Part shown: positions 1 to 9,707 of the stretch, one piece after another
How positions within the stretch are numbered: position 1 is the stretch's first letter
Layout of the letters: every line of letters starts with the position of its first letter
From: a candidate division WWE3 bacterium
GTDB taxonomy: Bacteria; Patescibacteriota; WWE3; UBA101185; UBA10185
DNA: 64,000 nt
Assembly: GCA_014729135.1 (NCBI GenBank)
Contig: WJKK01000001.1
Span: 535,590 to 599,589, forward strand
Direction of reading: 5' to 3'
The notes under the pieces: model-generated
What the model saw: the letters and a program-made list of their open reading frames with translations, nothing else
Databases searched by the model: none
What the model was told of the DNA's origin: nothing
Made by a program: the position numbers and the translations under genes

Positions 1-260
1 CGAAAAGTCTGTACTCAGACTTTGAGTTTTTAGCTGTTACCTCACAAGTTTCGATAGAAACTTGTGAAAGTCTTGACATGCCCGAAATCCGCCGAAGGCG
101 GATTGAGAATTTAGCTGTGACGTAAAAGTTCTGCGAACTTTTACGGATCATCCAAAATCTAAGATTTTGGAAGCACCTTCAAGTGTAGCGAAGCTACCTT
201 GAAGACTGGCTTGAATAAAATTCAAGGCTGCCTCACAAGTTGTACTCAACTTGTGAAATC
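1..260. repeat. Block of at least 7 consecutive short hairpins (8-10 bp stems, 3-6 nt loops). It belongs to the same modular repeat family seen at 36641-36670 and 45954-46080.
   Basis: Inverted repeats read directly: aaagtctg/cagacttt, cacaagtt/aacttgtg, atccgcc/ggcggat, cgtaaaagtt/aacttttacg, ccaaaatc/gattttgg, cttgaa/ttcaag, cacaagttg/caacttgtg. Positions 42-111 are about 85% identical to 45956-46020. The core cccgaaatccgccgNaggcggattgag is shared. Confidence 0.6.
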
Positions 261-299
261 CCCTCTTCAACCAAAATCCCAAACTGATATACTATTCCC

Positions 300-743
300 A
301 TGAACAAAAATTTTTTAAAAAGAGTTGTCGAGCTCTCCAAACAATCCCAGGAAGAAGGAAAATTTCCTGCGGGAGCTTTATTAGTAAAAGACGGTAAAAT
401 TGTGTATGAAGAGACAAGTAGTCCGTTTCCAGATCAACACCTTCACGGGGAAATCAAAGTAATAGATCAAGCTATTGCAGATATTCGCGATCAGCTAGGG
501 GAGTATGAGTTATATACATCATTAGCTCCTTGCTTGATGTGTTTAGGAAAAATATATTGGTCGGGGATAAAAAAAGTCTATTTTATACTTTCCCGAGAAG
601 ATACTTGTAAATATCTAGAAGGAGAGCATGATTTTAATGATATTGTTTCGAAATTCAACAAGCCAATAGAATTTATACAAGACAAAACATACTACGACGA
701 GGCAAAAGATATTTACGACACCTGGGAGGAAACCATATTATGA
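300..743 (+). CDS. CMP/dCMP-type zinc-dependent nucleoside deaminase family protein
   Basis: HGE...PCLMC zinc-binding signature (H-x-E then PCxxC) typical of cytidine/tRNA-adenosine/guanine deaminase fold. Confidence 0.55.
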   Translation: MNKNFLKRVVELSKQSQEEGKFPAGALLVKDGKIVYEETSSPFPDQHLHGEIKVIDQAIADIRDQLGEYELYTSLAPCLMCLGKIYWSGIKKVYFILSREDTCKYLEGEHDFNDIVSKFNKPIEFIQDKTYYDEAKDIYDTWEETIL

Positions 744-1222
744 AAATAGCAATAATGTCAGACAGTCACGACGACTGGATCAATCTGGAAAAAGCCGTAA
801 CTATAGCCAATGAAAGGGGCTGTACCCATCTCCTTTTTGCGGGAGATTTAATTGCTCCTACCGGAATTTCAATTCTTGGAAAATTTAAAGGGGAAGTTAA
901 GTTTGTATGGGGAAATAATGAAGGTGAGAGAGTAGGTCTAACTAGAAAGATGGACGCTTCAGAAAAAATTGAACTTTGTGGAGACGTTTATGAGGACACT
1001 ATTGGAGAAGTTAGAGTGTTTATGACTCATAAACCAAGAATTGCAGAGTTGGCGGCTAAATCAGACGAGTTTGATCTTTGTATACATGGCCATACACATG
1101 CCTTTCGTAATGAGGAAGTGAACGGAGCTATTCTTATGAATCCCGGAGGGATAAAGGGTAGTAACTCTTCTTTTGCAATATTTGATTTGGAAACTAGAGA
1201 AGTACAGCAGATTGCTCTATGA
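740..1222 (+). CDS. Metallophosphoesterase (YfcE/MJ0936-like)
   Basis: N-terminal MKIAIMSDSHDD, GDLI, GNNEG, and a C-terminal GHTH motif. The start overlaps the upstream stop (ATGA). Confidence 0.5.
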   Translation: MKIAIMSDSHDDWINLEKAVTIANERGCTHLLFAGDLIAPTGISILGKFKGEVKFVWGNNEGERVGLTRKMDASEKIELCGDVYEDTIGEVRVFMTHKPRIAELAAKSDEFDLCIHGHTHAFRNEEVNGAILMNPGGIKGSNSSFAIFDLETREVQQIAL

Positions 1223-1776
1223 AAAAAGCATTCCTAATACACGGAGCATACGGCAATCCTCAAGAAAACTGGTTTCCCTGGCTTAAAGAAAAACTAGAAC
1301 AACACAACTACAAAGTAATAACTCCTACTTTTCCAACACCCGAAAATCAAACTCTTAAAAATTGGAATGATGTGTTTGACAAATACAAAGAGCAATTGGA
1401 TGAGGAAACAATACTGATAGGCCATAGTTTAGGTTGTCCTTACATTCTAAACGTACTTCAGGATATAGATAAAAAAGTTAAGGCAGCCTATTTGGTAGCT
1501 GCTTTTCATAAAGCATTGGGACACTCCATAGATGAAATAAATGAAACATTTGTTGAGAAGGATTTTGACTGGAGTGCTATTAAACGGAATTGTGAAAATA
1601 TAGTTATGTTTAGTAGTGATAATGATCCTTATATCCCTATGGAGGTTTCAGAGGAACTTGCACAGAATTTAGATGCTGATTTTAATGTGGTTGCTGATGG
1701 TGGGCATCTTAATTCAACAGCAGGTTATACGGAGTTTGAGGAGTTGTTGAAGAAGTTGGAGGATTTGTTTGTATGA
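1219..1776 (+). CDS. Alpha/beta-fold serine hydrolase (YdeN/RBBP9-like)
   Basis: IHGAYGNPQENWFPWL N-terminus and a GHSLG nucleophile elbow, with a size of about 185 aa. Confidence 0.5.
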   Translation: MKKAFLIHGAYGNPQENWFPWLKEKLEQHNYKVITPTFPTPENQTLKNWNDVFDKYKEQLDEETILIGHSLGCPYILNVLQDIDKKVKAAYLVAAFHKALGHSIDEINETFVEKDFDWSAIKRNCENIVMFSSDNDPYIPMEVSEELAQNLDADFNVVADGGHLNSTAGYTEFEELLKKLEDLFV

Positions 1777-2534
1777 GAAAAATAATCTTAACTGCAGACG
1801 ACTTCGGTTTTACTGAAAACATAAACAAAGGAATCATAGAGAGTTTAGAAAAAGGATTAACAACAGAATTAAGCCTGATTGTTGGTAGTTACGGATCTGA
1901 ACAGGCTATGAAATACGCTAGAGATGCGGGATTAAAAAACATAGGATTACATCTTTCCCTTTTTGATGTATCTTTGGGAGAAAAACCTTTTAGGAGTGGT
2001 GATTACGACAATGCCTTAGAGAATTGGGAGACTTCTAAACTTGTTGGTCGTATAGAAAAAGAGATAAAAACATTTGAAGATTACTTTGGATTTACACCAT
2101 CTCACATAAATAGTCACAAACAGATACATCTAGATACGCGTTTGATTGATTACGTATTTAACTATGTTTCCAAGAATAATGTTTTTGTTAGAAAATGGGG
2201 GGACTTTGATTCTGTTACTGTTAAAAAGAGAGATACTAGCTTTATAGATAATAAGATTTCGGAGTATTCCATAAAAACTTCAGACTATCTCTTTGGTTTT
2301 GAATATGACTTTGAAAATCCTCCCAAGGCAACAGATGCTTATCATAAGCTAATAGAAAATACAAAAGAGGGGAGTCTTATAGAAATTCTTTTTCATCCCG
2401 GGTATTGTGGTGAATTTGAGGCTAGTCTTACAAGTTTTATAAAGCAACGAGAATCTGATTTAGAGCTTTTATGTTCCAACGAATTTGAGGAGATGCTTGA
2501 ATCTTATAGAATTATTAAAGCTAGTGAGATTTAA
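1773..2534 (+). CDS. YdjC/ChbG-family carbohydrate deacetylase
   Basis: N-terminal LTADDFG motif and a conserved-His-containing FHPG near the C-terminus. Confidence 0.55.
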   Translation: MRKIILTADDFGFTENINKGIIESLEKGLTTELSLIVGSYGSEQAMKYARDAGLKNIGLHLSLFDVSLGEKPFRSGDYDNALENWETSKLVGRIEKEIKTFEDYFGFTPSHINSHKQIHLDTRLIDYVFNYVSKNNVFVRKWGDFDSVTVKKRDTSFIDNKISEYSIKTSDYLFGFEYDFENPPKATDAYHKLIENTKEGSLIEILFHPGYCGEFEASLTSFIKQRESDLELLCSNEFEEMLESYRIIKASEI

Positions 2535-2552
2535 TTCTCGTGTGAATCCAAC

Positions 2553-3950
2553 CTAAAACTCCCTCTCTAACAGCTCCCATAACTCTGCACGGTCTGCGTC
2601 ATAACCCAAAGCCCAAATACCAACACCCGCCAAATCAAACTCCTTAGCAATACGATATTTAACCTGAAGCGACTTCTCATTTTCAAAATAAACCGTACGC
2701 TCTTTTGCTCCCACCCCCTCCTGCGAAGCCTCCGTTTCCTCATTTCCCGAATCAACATAAACAAAATAAGGAACCTGCCCCGGCTCATCCCATAAAATCT
2801 CCGGATTCTCCTCCTCCACAAGCTCCATAATATTGGCATAAGTCTGCGTAAGCGAATCCCGAATAATTTCCACTTGCTTCTTCTCCGCCGACTTCTCAAC
2901 AGAATCCTCCTCCAAACTTCCCCCATCAACCTCACCTTCCAAATTATCATCAGAACCCTCCACAACAACCTCCTCACCCTTCGCCCAATTAAACCCATAA
3001 TAAGGAACACCCAAAATCAACTTCTGAGGAGGCGCATACGACAAATAATCCTTAATCATCGTCTTTATGTCATACCCCGCATGCAAACCGGAACCCCCCA
3101 TAGGCGACACAGGAGCAGCTTTATCCGCCGACATAATATGAAAGTCATAAGCCATAATAAAAAGCTTGTCCGCCTCTTTAGCAAGGCTTGGGACATGACT
3201 AACACGGTCATTTATTAGCGAATCCGCAAAAGTCGTCACCACCACCTCCGGCGAGTCATAATCTTTATTTAATTCCCGCTTCACAAACTTAGTAAATTCT
3301 GTGTACTTAAGTGCAGTTTCCTTATCAACCGTCTCGTAATATTCAAAATTCAAATTCACATCGTCAATTTTATGCACTGCAAGCTCATCTTTTAGGTTGT
3401 CATAAAAAGTCTCCCAACACTTCTCACAATTTAAAAACTCCGTAGACTTAGAATCCACATGAGAAATAATTGTCAAAGCCACATCAACATTTTGCCTTTT
3501 AGCCCGCCGAATAAAAGAAGCCAGTTTTTCATTATTGTGCCAAGCGTTGTAACCCGGATTAGGCACAGGCCCTTCCTCACCTTCCTGCGTTTTTAAAAAG
3601 CTTCCATCAGGTTCAATGTAAAGGCCAAAATAAGCCACATCCGTTAAATTCTCCAGCCGAAAATTATCCGTTTCTTCAATGGTCCAATAGGGAAGATAGC
3701 CGTAAATTGTATAGTCGTTTTTGCGGGTATCTTGCGTACCTAAAGTTTGCAGAATTGAGCTTTTTCCTAAAGGGGAAATAAACTCCTCCGGCTCGGCTTG
3801 CTTTGTATCCTGATCCTTTTCAGACGCTTGAGTTTGCTGCTGTGGGCGTGCACTTTGAATTAACTGTTTATTAACATGTTGCCTTTTTAAAAAATACGCA
3901 CTTCCTGCTACGGCCACAATTAAAAGAGTTGGTGCTAAAAATCGCTTCAT
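2553..3950 (-). CDS. Membrane-anchored GH18 (chitinase-like) domain protein with a degenerate catalytic motif
   Basis: N-terminal TM/signal segment. The C-terminal GVGIWALGYD is GH18-like. The position of DGxDxDWE reads DDVNLNFE, so both Asp are replaced by Asn. Confidence 0.45.
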   Translation of the reverse strand: MKRFLAPTLLIVAVAGSAYFLKRQHVNKQLIQSARPQQQTQASEKDQDTKQAEPEEFISPLGKSSILQTLGTQDTRKNDYTIYGYLPYWTIEETDNFRLENLTDVAYFGLYIEPDGSFLKTQEGEEGPVPNPGYNAWHNNEKLASFIRRAKRQNVDVALTIISHVDSKSTEFLNCEKCWETFYDNLKDELAVHKIDDVNLNFEYYETVDKETALKYTEFTKFVKRELNKDYDSPEVVVTTFADSLINDRVSHVPSLAKEADKLFIMAYDFHIMSADKAAPVSPMGGSGLHAGYDIKTMIKDYLSYAPPQKLILGVPYYGFNWAKGEEVVVEGSDDNLEGEVDGGSLEEDSVEKSAEKKQVEIIRDSLTQTYANIMELVEEENPEILWDEPGQVPYFVYVDSGNEETEASQEGVGAKERTVYFENEKSLQVKYRIAKEFDLAGVGIWALGYDADRAELWELLEREF

Positions 3951-4030
3951 GTTCTGATTATACCAGTGCGCCTAAATTTTACTCGGCTACTTCCGCATTA
4001 TTAAGCCCGCTAAAGTGTTAAAATAAGCCT

Positions 4031-5233
4031 GTGTTTAGGCAAAAACATCCTTTAATTAAGATTAAAAAAACTTTTCTTCTTTTGTTTGCCCTTTTAGGAT
4101 TGGTTTCGGTTGCCTCGCTTTATTTTCTTTTGAACCAGCCTAAAGCTCCTAACAATATTCGTGACCTTTTTGAAACTCCTGTAGTGACGCCTCCAAAAGA
4201 AACCGGATGCTTTGATGCTGCAACTTTAAATTATCTGGAGTACAAGTCGATTCCGCAAAAGGATCGCAAGAATAATAAGTTTGGTTTGTATATCTATGCG
4301 GAGAATAAGGACTTTATGGAGTTGGCGCAAAATTTGGTGAATTCAAATGGAGGTGATTGGGGCTATGTTTTGATTCCTTATAACGTCAAGGATCGCGATT
4401 ATTCCAAGTGGGGAGGCGTTTTTGAACGTTTGTACAGTAAGCATCTGATTCCTATTATTCAGCTTTGGGATGTGGATCCTGATGATTATGAAGATCAAAC
4501 TGAGGAGGCTGCAGAGTTTTTGAATTCGTTTGTGTGGCCAATACGGCAGCGCTATGTTTCGGTTTATAACGAGCCTAATGATTCTCGTTTTTGGTATGGG
4601 CGGGCCGACCCGGAGGAGTATGCGCAAATTTTGGATTTTACAATTGACACTTTTAAGGAGGAAAATTCCAATTTTTTTATGTTGAATGGGGCTTTGAATG
4701 TTAGTGCTACGCCGGGAGGGGGTTATTATGATGCGTTTGATTTTATGCGTCGGATGGATGCTAAGGTGTCGGGGATTTTTTCTAAATTGGATGGGTGGGC
4801 GTCGCATTCGTATCCTCAGCCGGATTTTAGCGGGAATCCCCATGCTACGGGTCGAAATAGTATTCGGGCTTATGAGGTTGAGTTGGCGTATTTAAAGCAG
4901 GCTTTAGGGGTGGAAAAGGAGTTGCCTGTTTTTATTACGGAGACAGGATGGGCGCATGCGGAGGGAGAGGTTTATAATCGGGCTTTTTTGCCGGTTTCTC
5001 AGGTGGCTGAAAACATTAAGACCGCTTATGAGCGTTATTGGCTTCCTGACAAGCGGGTTCGAGCAGTGACTCCTTTTACGGTTTGGTATGATGCTCCTTA
5101 TGATCATTTCTCTTGGGTGAATCACGATAAGGTGCCTTATTTGCATTATGAGGAGGTAAAGTCAATGGAGAAGGTGGCAGGGACTCCTGAGAGTTTGGTT
5201 CCGGGGGAGACGTCTATTAAGTCTTGTTATTGA
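4031..5233 (+). CDS. Membrane-anchored glycoside hydrolase, clan GH-A TIM-barrel type
   Basis: N-terminal TM helix. YNEPN (catalytic acid motif) and, about 120 aa later, FITETGW (nucleophile motif), as in GH5/GH39/GH1-like enzymes. Confidence 0.5.
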   Translation: MFRQKHPLIKIKKTFLLLFALLGLVSVASLYFLLNQPKAPNNIRDLFETPVVTPPKETGCFDAATLNYLEYKSIPQKDRKNNKFGLYIYAENKDFMELAQNLVNSNGGDWGYVLIPYNVKDRDYSKWGGVFERLYSKHLIPIIQLWDVDPDDYEDQTEEAAEFLNSFVWPIRQRYVSVYNEPNDSRFWYGRADPEEYAQILDFTIDTFKEENSNFFMLNGALNVSATPGGGYYDAFDFMRRMDAKVSGIFSKLDGWASHSYPQPDFSGNPHATGRNSIRAYEVELAYLKQALGVEKELPVFITETGWAHAEGEVYNRAFLPVSQVAENIKTAYERYWLPDKRVRAVTPFTVWYDAPYDHFSWVNHDKVPYLHYEEVKSMEKVAGTPESLVPGETSIKSCY

Positions 5234-5275
5234 TGTGGGCGGTGTATACTCTTAGAGGCTTTATTTAAAGGTAAG

Positions 5276-6550
5276 ATGTTTAATATAACAACACTAAAAA
5301 TTGCAAAAAACACAATATATCAGCTGATAGGAAAGGTCATCAGCATGTCCATAACCATTCTTGTTACGGTTTTGGTGACACGCAACTACGGTCCCGATGG
5401 ATATGGTTCTTTTAGTTTAATGCAAAGCTTTCCTGCGCTCTTTTTTATAATTGTAGATTTCGGCCTAAATGCAATTTCAGTTCGCGAAGTTTCAAGAAAC
5501 GAGTCAAAAATTTACTCCTATTTTGTTAATATTTTAATCTTTCGAGTAGTATTATCTTTGGCCTTTGCCTTGGTTTTGGGTTTGTTGCTCGTTTTTTTTC
5601 CCTACGAGCCTTCATTAGTTTTTGGAATCCGTTTAAGTTTGCTTCTTATCTTAACGCAGGCTTTATATGCAACAACAAACATAGTGTTTCAAACAAAGCT
5701 TCGCTATGACCTTTCCGTTTTAGGTCAAACTGCCGGTTACGTTTTCATTTTAGGTGCTTCGCTTTATTTAATTTCCCAATCCGCTTCTGTAACTTGGGTA
5801 AGTTTTACTTATGTTGTTGGTGGCTTCATAACCTTTTTTGTTAACTTTTTCCTAATTCGCCAAATGTCTATTGAAAAAGCTTTTACCTATGATCCAAAAC
5901 TTATAAAGCGCCTATTTATAGAGGCGCTTCCTTTAGGAATAACTTTTATTTTTAGCCAAATGAACTTTAAGGAAGACGCCATTTTATTGTCAATTCTTCC
6001 CGTACCTGAGTCGTTTAATCTGAGCAGTACCGAAACAGTTGGCGTTTACTCCTTGCCCTACAAGGTTTTTGAGGTTTCGTTAGTTATTCCCACTTTTTTC
6101 ATGAACGCCTCTTATCCTGTTTTGGTTCGTCACATGGAGGAAGGTCCTAAAAGGCTTCAAGATACGTTTACTAAAGTTTTAGCTTTTCTACTTTTGGGAG
6201 GCTTATTAGCCGGAGTAGTTGGTTACTTTTTAGCTCCTTGGATGATTGACTTTTTGGGAGGATCAGATTTTTCCCAATCTATTGCAGTTTTAAGGATTTT
6301 GTTATGTGGTGCTGTTGTTTTTTATATGACCCAGCCTATTTCTTGGTTAATTGTTACCCTAAGTCGCCAAAAGTACCTCCCTTATATTTATGCCTGCAGC
6401 GTTGCCTTCAACTTGGTTTTTAATTTAATTTTCATACCACGCTATTCCTTTTATGCTGCCTCTTTTATAACAGTCTTTTCCGAAGTTTTGATACTAATTT
6501 TGCTGTCTTTTTTTGCCCGAAAAGCTTGGAGAGAAAATTATGCTTCCTAA
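5276..6550 (+). CDS. Wzx/MurJ-like polysaccharide flippase (MOP superfamily)
   Basis: About 12 predicted TM segments, with the N-terminal pattern typical of polysaccharide biosynthesis proteins. Confidence 0.55.
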   Translation: MFNITTLKIAKNTIYQLIGKVISMSITILVTVLVTRNYGPDGYGSFSLMQSFPALFFIIVDFGLNAISVREVSRNESKIYSYFVNILIFRVVLSLAFALVLGLLLVFFPYEPSLVFGIRLSLLLILTQALYATTNIVFQTKLRYDLSVLGQTAGYVFILGASLYLISQSASVTWVSFTYVVGGFITFFVNFFLIRQMSIEKAFTYDPKLIKRLFIEALPLGITFIFSQMNFKEDAILLSILPVPESFNLSSTETVGVYSLPYKVFEVSLVIPTFFMNASYPVLVRHMEEGPKRLQDTFTKVLAFLLLGGLLAGVVGYFLAPWMIDFLGGSDFSQSIAVLRILLCGAVVFYMTQPISWLIVTLSRQKYLPYIYACSVAFNLVFNLIFIPRYSFYAASFITVFSEVLILILLSFFARKAWRENYAS

Positions 6551-7730
6551 GATTTTATTTAGCCTTTGGTTTTTGAGTTTAAATTTGGGTCAGTTTTCTG
6601 CTCTTTCTAAAGGAACTTTTGGAGGCATTTATCTTTTTGATCTCTTTGCAGTTTTGTGGGTTTTTGGTGGCTTTTTGTACTTTTTTATGGTTAAGCGTTT
6701 AAAGTTTTATGTACCAAAGATTTTTTTCCCTTTGTTAGGATTTATCTTTATTGCTTTTGTTTCTTTGCTGGCTGTTTTAGGAAAGTTTTCTCAACTGGAG
6801 CTTTTGGTTTCCGGTTTTTATTTATTTAGATTTATTATTTACGTTTTGGGAGGTTTGTTGGTTTATAATTTTCTTCATTCCGGTCAGTTTTCAGAGGAGT
6901 TTTTATTTAAGCTTGTTGCTTTTTCAGCTGTTTTTATTTCTTTAGCGGGATTTATTCAGCTTGTTGTTTTGCCGGACTTTACTAAACTGGATTCTTCTTT
7001 AGGATGGGATCCACATAAAAATCGCTTAGCTTCTACTTTTTTTGATCCCAATTTTGTGGGAGCTTATTTGGTTTTATGTTTTAATATTTTGGTTTCTGGT
7101 AAGCGTTTTTATAAGAAGTTTTATGTTCCGTTGGTTTTACTTACGGTTTTTTCTATTTTTTTGACTTTTTCCAGAAGTGCTTGGTTGATGTTAGCTATTA
7201 GTATTTTTGTTTGGGGAGTTTTTCGTTACCGCTTTTTACTTTTTTTGGCCGGTGTTTTAGCTTTTAGTGCTTACTTTGCTGTTCCACGTGTTCAAACTAG
7301 AATTTCCGGCATAACGGATCCGGCGGATTCTGCACATTTTCGGCTTATTTCTTGGCAAAATACATTTGAAATTGCTTCAGATAATTTGTTTTTAGGCACG
7401 GGTTTTAATACTTTTAGGTTTGTTCAAAAGGATTACGGCTATTTTGGAGTAGATTGGGGGGGACATTCAGGAGGTGGTTCTGATTCAAGTTTGCTTTTGG
7501 TTTTAGCTACAACAGGAGTTTTTGGTTTTCTTGCTTTTTTTGGTTTTTGGGTTGTTTCGGGAATTTCGGGTCTTCAAAGTATAAAAAGCAATCCTTATTC
7601 TTTAGTGTTGTTAGCCTCCCTATCCTCGCTTTTAGTAGAATCTTTTTTTATTAATTCCCTTTTCTATCCCCAAATCCTTCTCTTCTGGTTGTTAATAATT
7701 GTGCTTTATCTTAATCCCTCTTATAAGTAA
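6513..7730 (+). CDS. O-antigen ligase/polymerase-like (Wzy_C domain) membrane protein
   Basis: Polytopic membrane protein with a FSRSAWL motif characteristic of the O-antigen ligase domain. It overlaps the flippase gene. Confidence 0.5.
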   Translation: MPEKLGEKIMLPKILFSLWFLSLNLGQFSALSKGTFGGIYLFDLFAVLWVFGGFLYFFMVKRLKFYVPKIFFPLLGFIFIAFVSLLAVLGKFSQLELLVSGFYLFRFIIYVLGGLLVYNFLHSGQFSEEFLFKLVAFSAVFISLAGFIQLVVLPDFTKLDSSLGWDPHKNRLASTFFDPNFVGAYLVLCFNILVSGKRFYKKFYVPLVLLTVFSIFLTFSRSAWLMLAISIFVWGVFRYRFLLFLAGVLAFSAYFAVPRVQTRISGITDPADSAHFRLISWQNTFEIASDNLFLGTGFNTFRFVQKDYGYFGVDWGGHSGGGSDSSLLLVLATTGVFGFLAFFGFWVVSGISGLQSIKSNPYSLVLLASLSSLLVESFFINSLFYPQILLFWLLIIVLYLNPSYK

Positions 7731-8397
7731 CCTTAAGCTTCTCCTCTGCAGTATTCCCCGCTAAATCCGTTGCCTTAATAGTAATTTCCATCTCGCCCTC
7801 CTTAGCACCTAACAAAAACACAAAAGAATTATCAGGCTTTTGAATAGCCACACGATCATTTATTTTAATAGTAGCCTTTTCACTTATTTCACCAACAATT
7901 TCAATTCGCTCATTAAGATTCTCAATTTTATCGCCATCCTTTGGACTCTCAATTTCAATCTCAGGATCCTCATCATCATAATCAATAGTAATTGTTTCTG
8001 ATTTTGTATCATTTGCCTTAGCAAAAAGCGTGTTCTTTCCCTTATTTAGTGCAACTTCCGTAAACAAAAACTCCCCTGACATATCCGTTATAACTTCTCC
8101 TGCCTTAGGACCATTTACAAAAAGCTCTATTTTAGTTTTTGGAGCTGACATTCCTTTTATATTTACTTTAGTTTCATTAACAGCTTTAGGTACCTCCACA
8201 AAAACCGGGGGAGGCGTGTTAGCCTGAGGAGGATTTATTGTTTCATTTCTATTTACAGAGATCATTCCAAATAGAGCGCCAATTTTTGGTCCAAATTTAA
8301 GCATTCCAAAAAGAGACAGAATCCCTATAGCAAAAATAGCCAGTAAACGTTTTGCAAGAATCTTATTAATGTCCTCAGGAGTGGTTTTATTTGGCAT
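7711..8397 (-). CDS. Hypothetical membrane-anchored extracytoplasmic protein
   Basis: One N-terminal TM helix followed by a beta-rich Ig-like region. No catalytic motif recognised. Confidence 0.3.
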   Translation of the reverse strand: MPNKTTPEDINKILAKRLLAIFAIGILSLFGMLKFGPKIGALFGMISVNRNETINPPQANTPPPVFVEVPKAVNETKVNIKGMSAPKTKIELFVNGPKAGEVITDMSGEFLFTEVALNKGKNTLFAKANDTKSETITIDYDDEDPEIEIESPKDGDKIENLNERIEIVGEISEKATIKINDRVAIQKPDNSFVFLLGAKEGEMEITIKATDLAGNTAEEKLKVTYKRD

Positions 8398-9295
8398 ATT
8401 CTTTTACTTTTTCCTCTAAATAAGGGAGTAAATCTTTACGCAAGTCTTCTCTTAGCATGGCAAATTCAAATGTGGCTTTTAAGTAGCGGAGGGGATCTCC
8501 TGTTGTTAGCCATTCTCCCTCTATTGGAGGTGCTATTACCTTTTTTCCGGCATCTGCTAGGTCGTTTAAAATATCTGCAATCCAAAGTTCTCCGTCTTTC
8601 CCTGTATCTGCCTTTGTTGCAGCTTCTACTACGTCGTAAGAAAAGACAAATCTTCCAAATTGCGCCATTGTAGAGGGAGCTTCTTCAGCCGGGAGTTTTT
8701 CATGAATTTGTTTTACTTCATATTTGTAATCGGCATCTGTCTTGTATTCAACGGAACCGTATCTGCTAATTTCTTTTTTTGGAACTTCCTGTACTGCCAA
8801 GGTTGCTGTTGCTTTTTGATCTAAGTGTTTTTCCATTAGCTGCCCTGCAATAGGAGTTCCATTGTTGCTTATTGTTAAGTCGTCTCCAAACATGTACACA
8901 AAGGATTCGTTGTCGTCTATTAGGTTTTTAGCTGCTAATAAAGGTGTGCCGTTTCCATATGGAAGGTCTTTTTTCTGGCGTACGTAAATAAAGTTGGCCA
9001 TGTTTGCAACTTCTTGGATTTTTGCAAGTCGATCCAGTTTTCCTGTTTCTTCGAGTTTGTGTTCCAGTTCTAGGTTGTTGTCAAAGTAGTCTTCCATTAT
9101 ATGCTGGCCAAATCTTGTAACTAAGATGATGTCTTTTATGCCGGAATTTACTGCTTCTGCAACAAGTTCATGGATTATTGGGCGGTCTATTATTGGGAGC
9201 ATTTCCTTTGGTTGGTTTTTTGTTGCGGGGAGGAAGCGTGTTCCATAACCTGCTACTGCAATGACGGCTTTTGTGATTTGGGAATGGTTTTTCAT
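8387..9295 (-). CDS. galU: UTP--glucose-1-phosphate uridylyltransferase
   Basis: AVIAVAGYGTRFLPATK N-terminal nucleotide-binding motif and a KEMLP motif. The length is about 300 aa. Confidence 0.8.
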   Translation of the reverse strand: MKNHSQITKAVIAVAGYGTRFLPATKNQPKEMLPIIDRPIIHELVAEAVNSGIKDIILVTRFGQHIMEDYFDNNLELEHKLEETGKLDRLAKIQEVANMANFIYVRQKKDLPYGNGTPLLAAKNLIDDNESFVYMFGDDLTISNNGTPIAGQLMEKHLDQKATATLAVQEVPKKEISRYGSVEYKTDADYKYEVKQIHEKLPAEEAPSTMAQFGRFVFSYDVVEAATKADTGKDGELWIADILNDLADAGKKVIAPPIEGEWLTTGDPLRYLKATFEFAMLREDLRKDLLPYLEEKVKEYAK

Positions 9296-9327
9296 AGCTT
9301 GATTATTATAGCATTTTGCGATTCGAA

Positions 9328-9404
9328 TGGAGCCGATGGTCGGGCTTGAACCGACGACCTATCCCTTACGAAGGGATTGCTCTACCAGCTGAGCTACATC
9401 GGCC
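9328..9404 (-). tRNA. tRNA-Thr (anticodon CGU)
   Basis: Reverse complement gives GCCGATGTAGCTCAGCTGGTAGAGCA...anticodon loop TTCGTAA...GGTTCAAGCCCGACCATCGGCTCCA. It folds as a cloverleaf with an encoded CCA. Confidence 0.85.
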
Positions 9405-9432
9405 TGTTTGTTAAAATTTTCAATTCCCTTTT

Positions 9433-9463
9433 ATTAACAGGTTACTTTGTAACCTGTTAGGCA
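9433..9463. repeat. Perfect 23-nt hairpin aacaggttactttgtaacctgtt, copy 1, in the tRNA-Thr/tRNA-Gly spacer
   Basis: A 9-bp stem (aacaggtta/taacctgtt) with a ctttg loop. An identical copy is at 9677..9707. Confidence 0.7.
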
Positions 9464-9676
9464 CAGCTAAATAGTCGCAACGAAATTTTATCTAAATTAT
9501 CGTTGATCCGTAAAACTTCATTGAAGTTTTACGTCGCGTCAGCGCGCTCCTATTTACCTGAGTCATCGAAATGCCGATTGTCCTTGTTTGCGACCGTACA
9601 ACTTTGTGAGATAAAAACAGACCTCACCTTTTGCCTTCGGCCAATGCTTCGGGTTGCGAAACAACATGTGTTGTAA

Positions 9677-9707
9677 CTAACAGGTTACTTTGTAACCTGT
9701 TAGGCAT
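9677..9707. repeat. Perfect 23-nt hairpin aacaggttactttgtaacctgtt, copy 2
   Basis: Identical to 9436-9458, including the flanking taacNaacagg...ttaggca. Confidence 0.7.

Noticed and set aside
1-260. Possible CRISPR array, given the many closely spaced hairpins.
   Set aside because: There is no constant direct repeat separated by unique spacers. Each hairpin has a different stem sequence and the spacing is irregular. No cas genes are in the window.
2567-3218. Antisense and overlapping ORFs in the track with Arg/Leu-rich low-complexity translations. Examples are 2567..3010 (-), 2874..3218 (+), 4343..4843 (-), 17654..17962 (+), 21516..21884 (-), 53271..53812 (+) and 59625..60071 (-).
   Set aside because: They lie entirely inside well-supported genes on the other strand or in another frame. 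Their composition is typical of shadow ORFs in AT-rich DNA, and none carries a motif.
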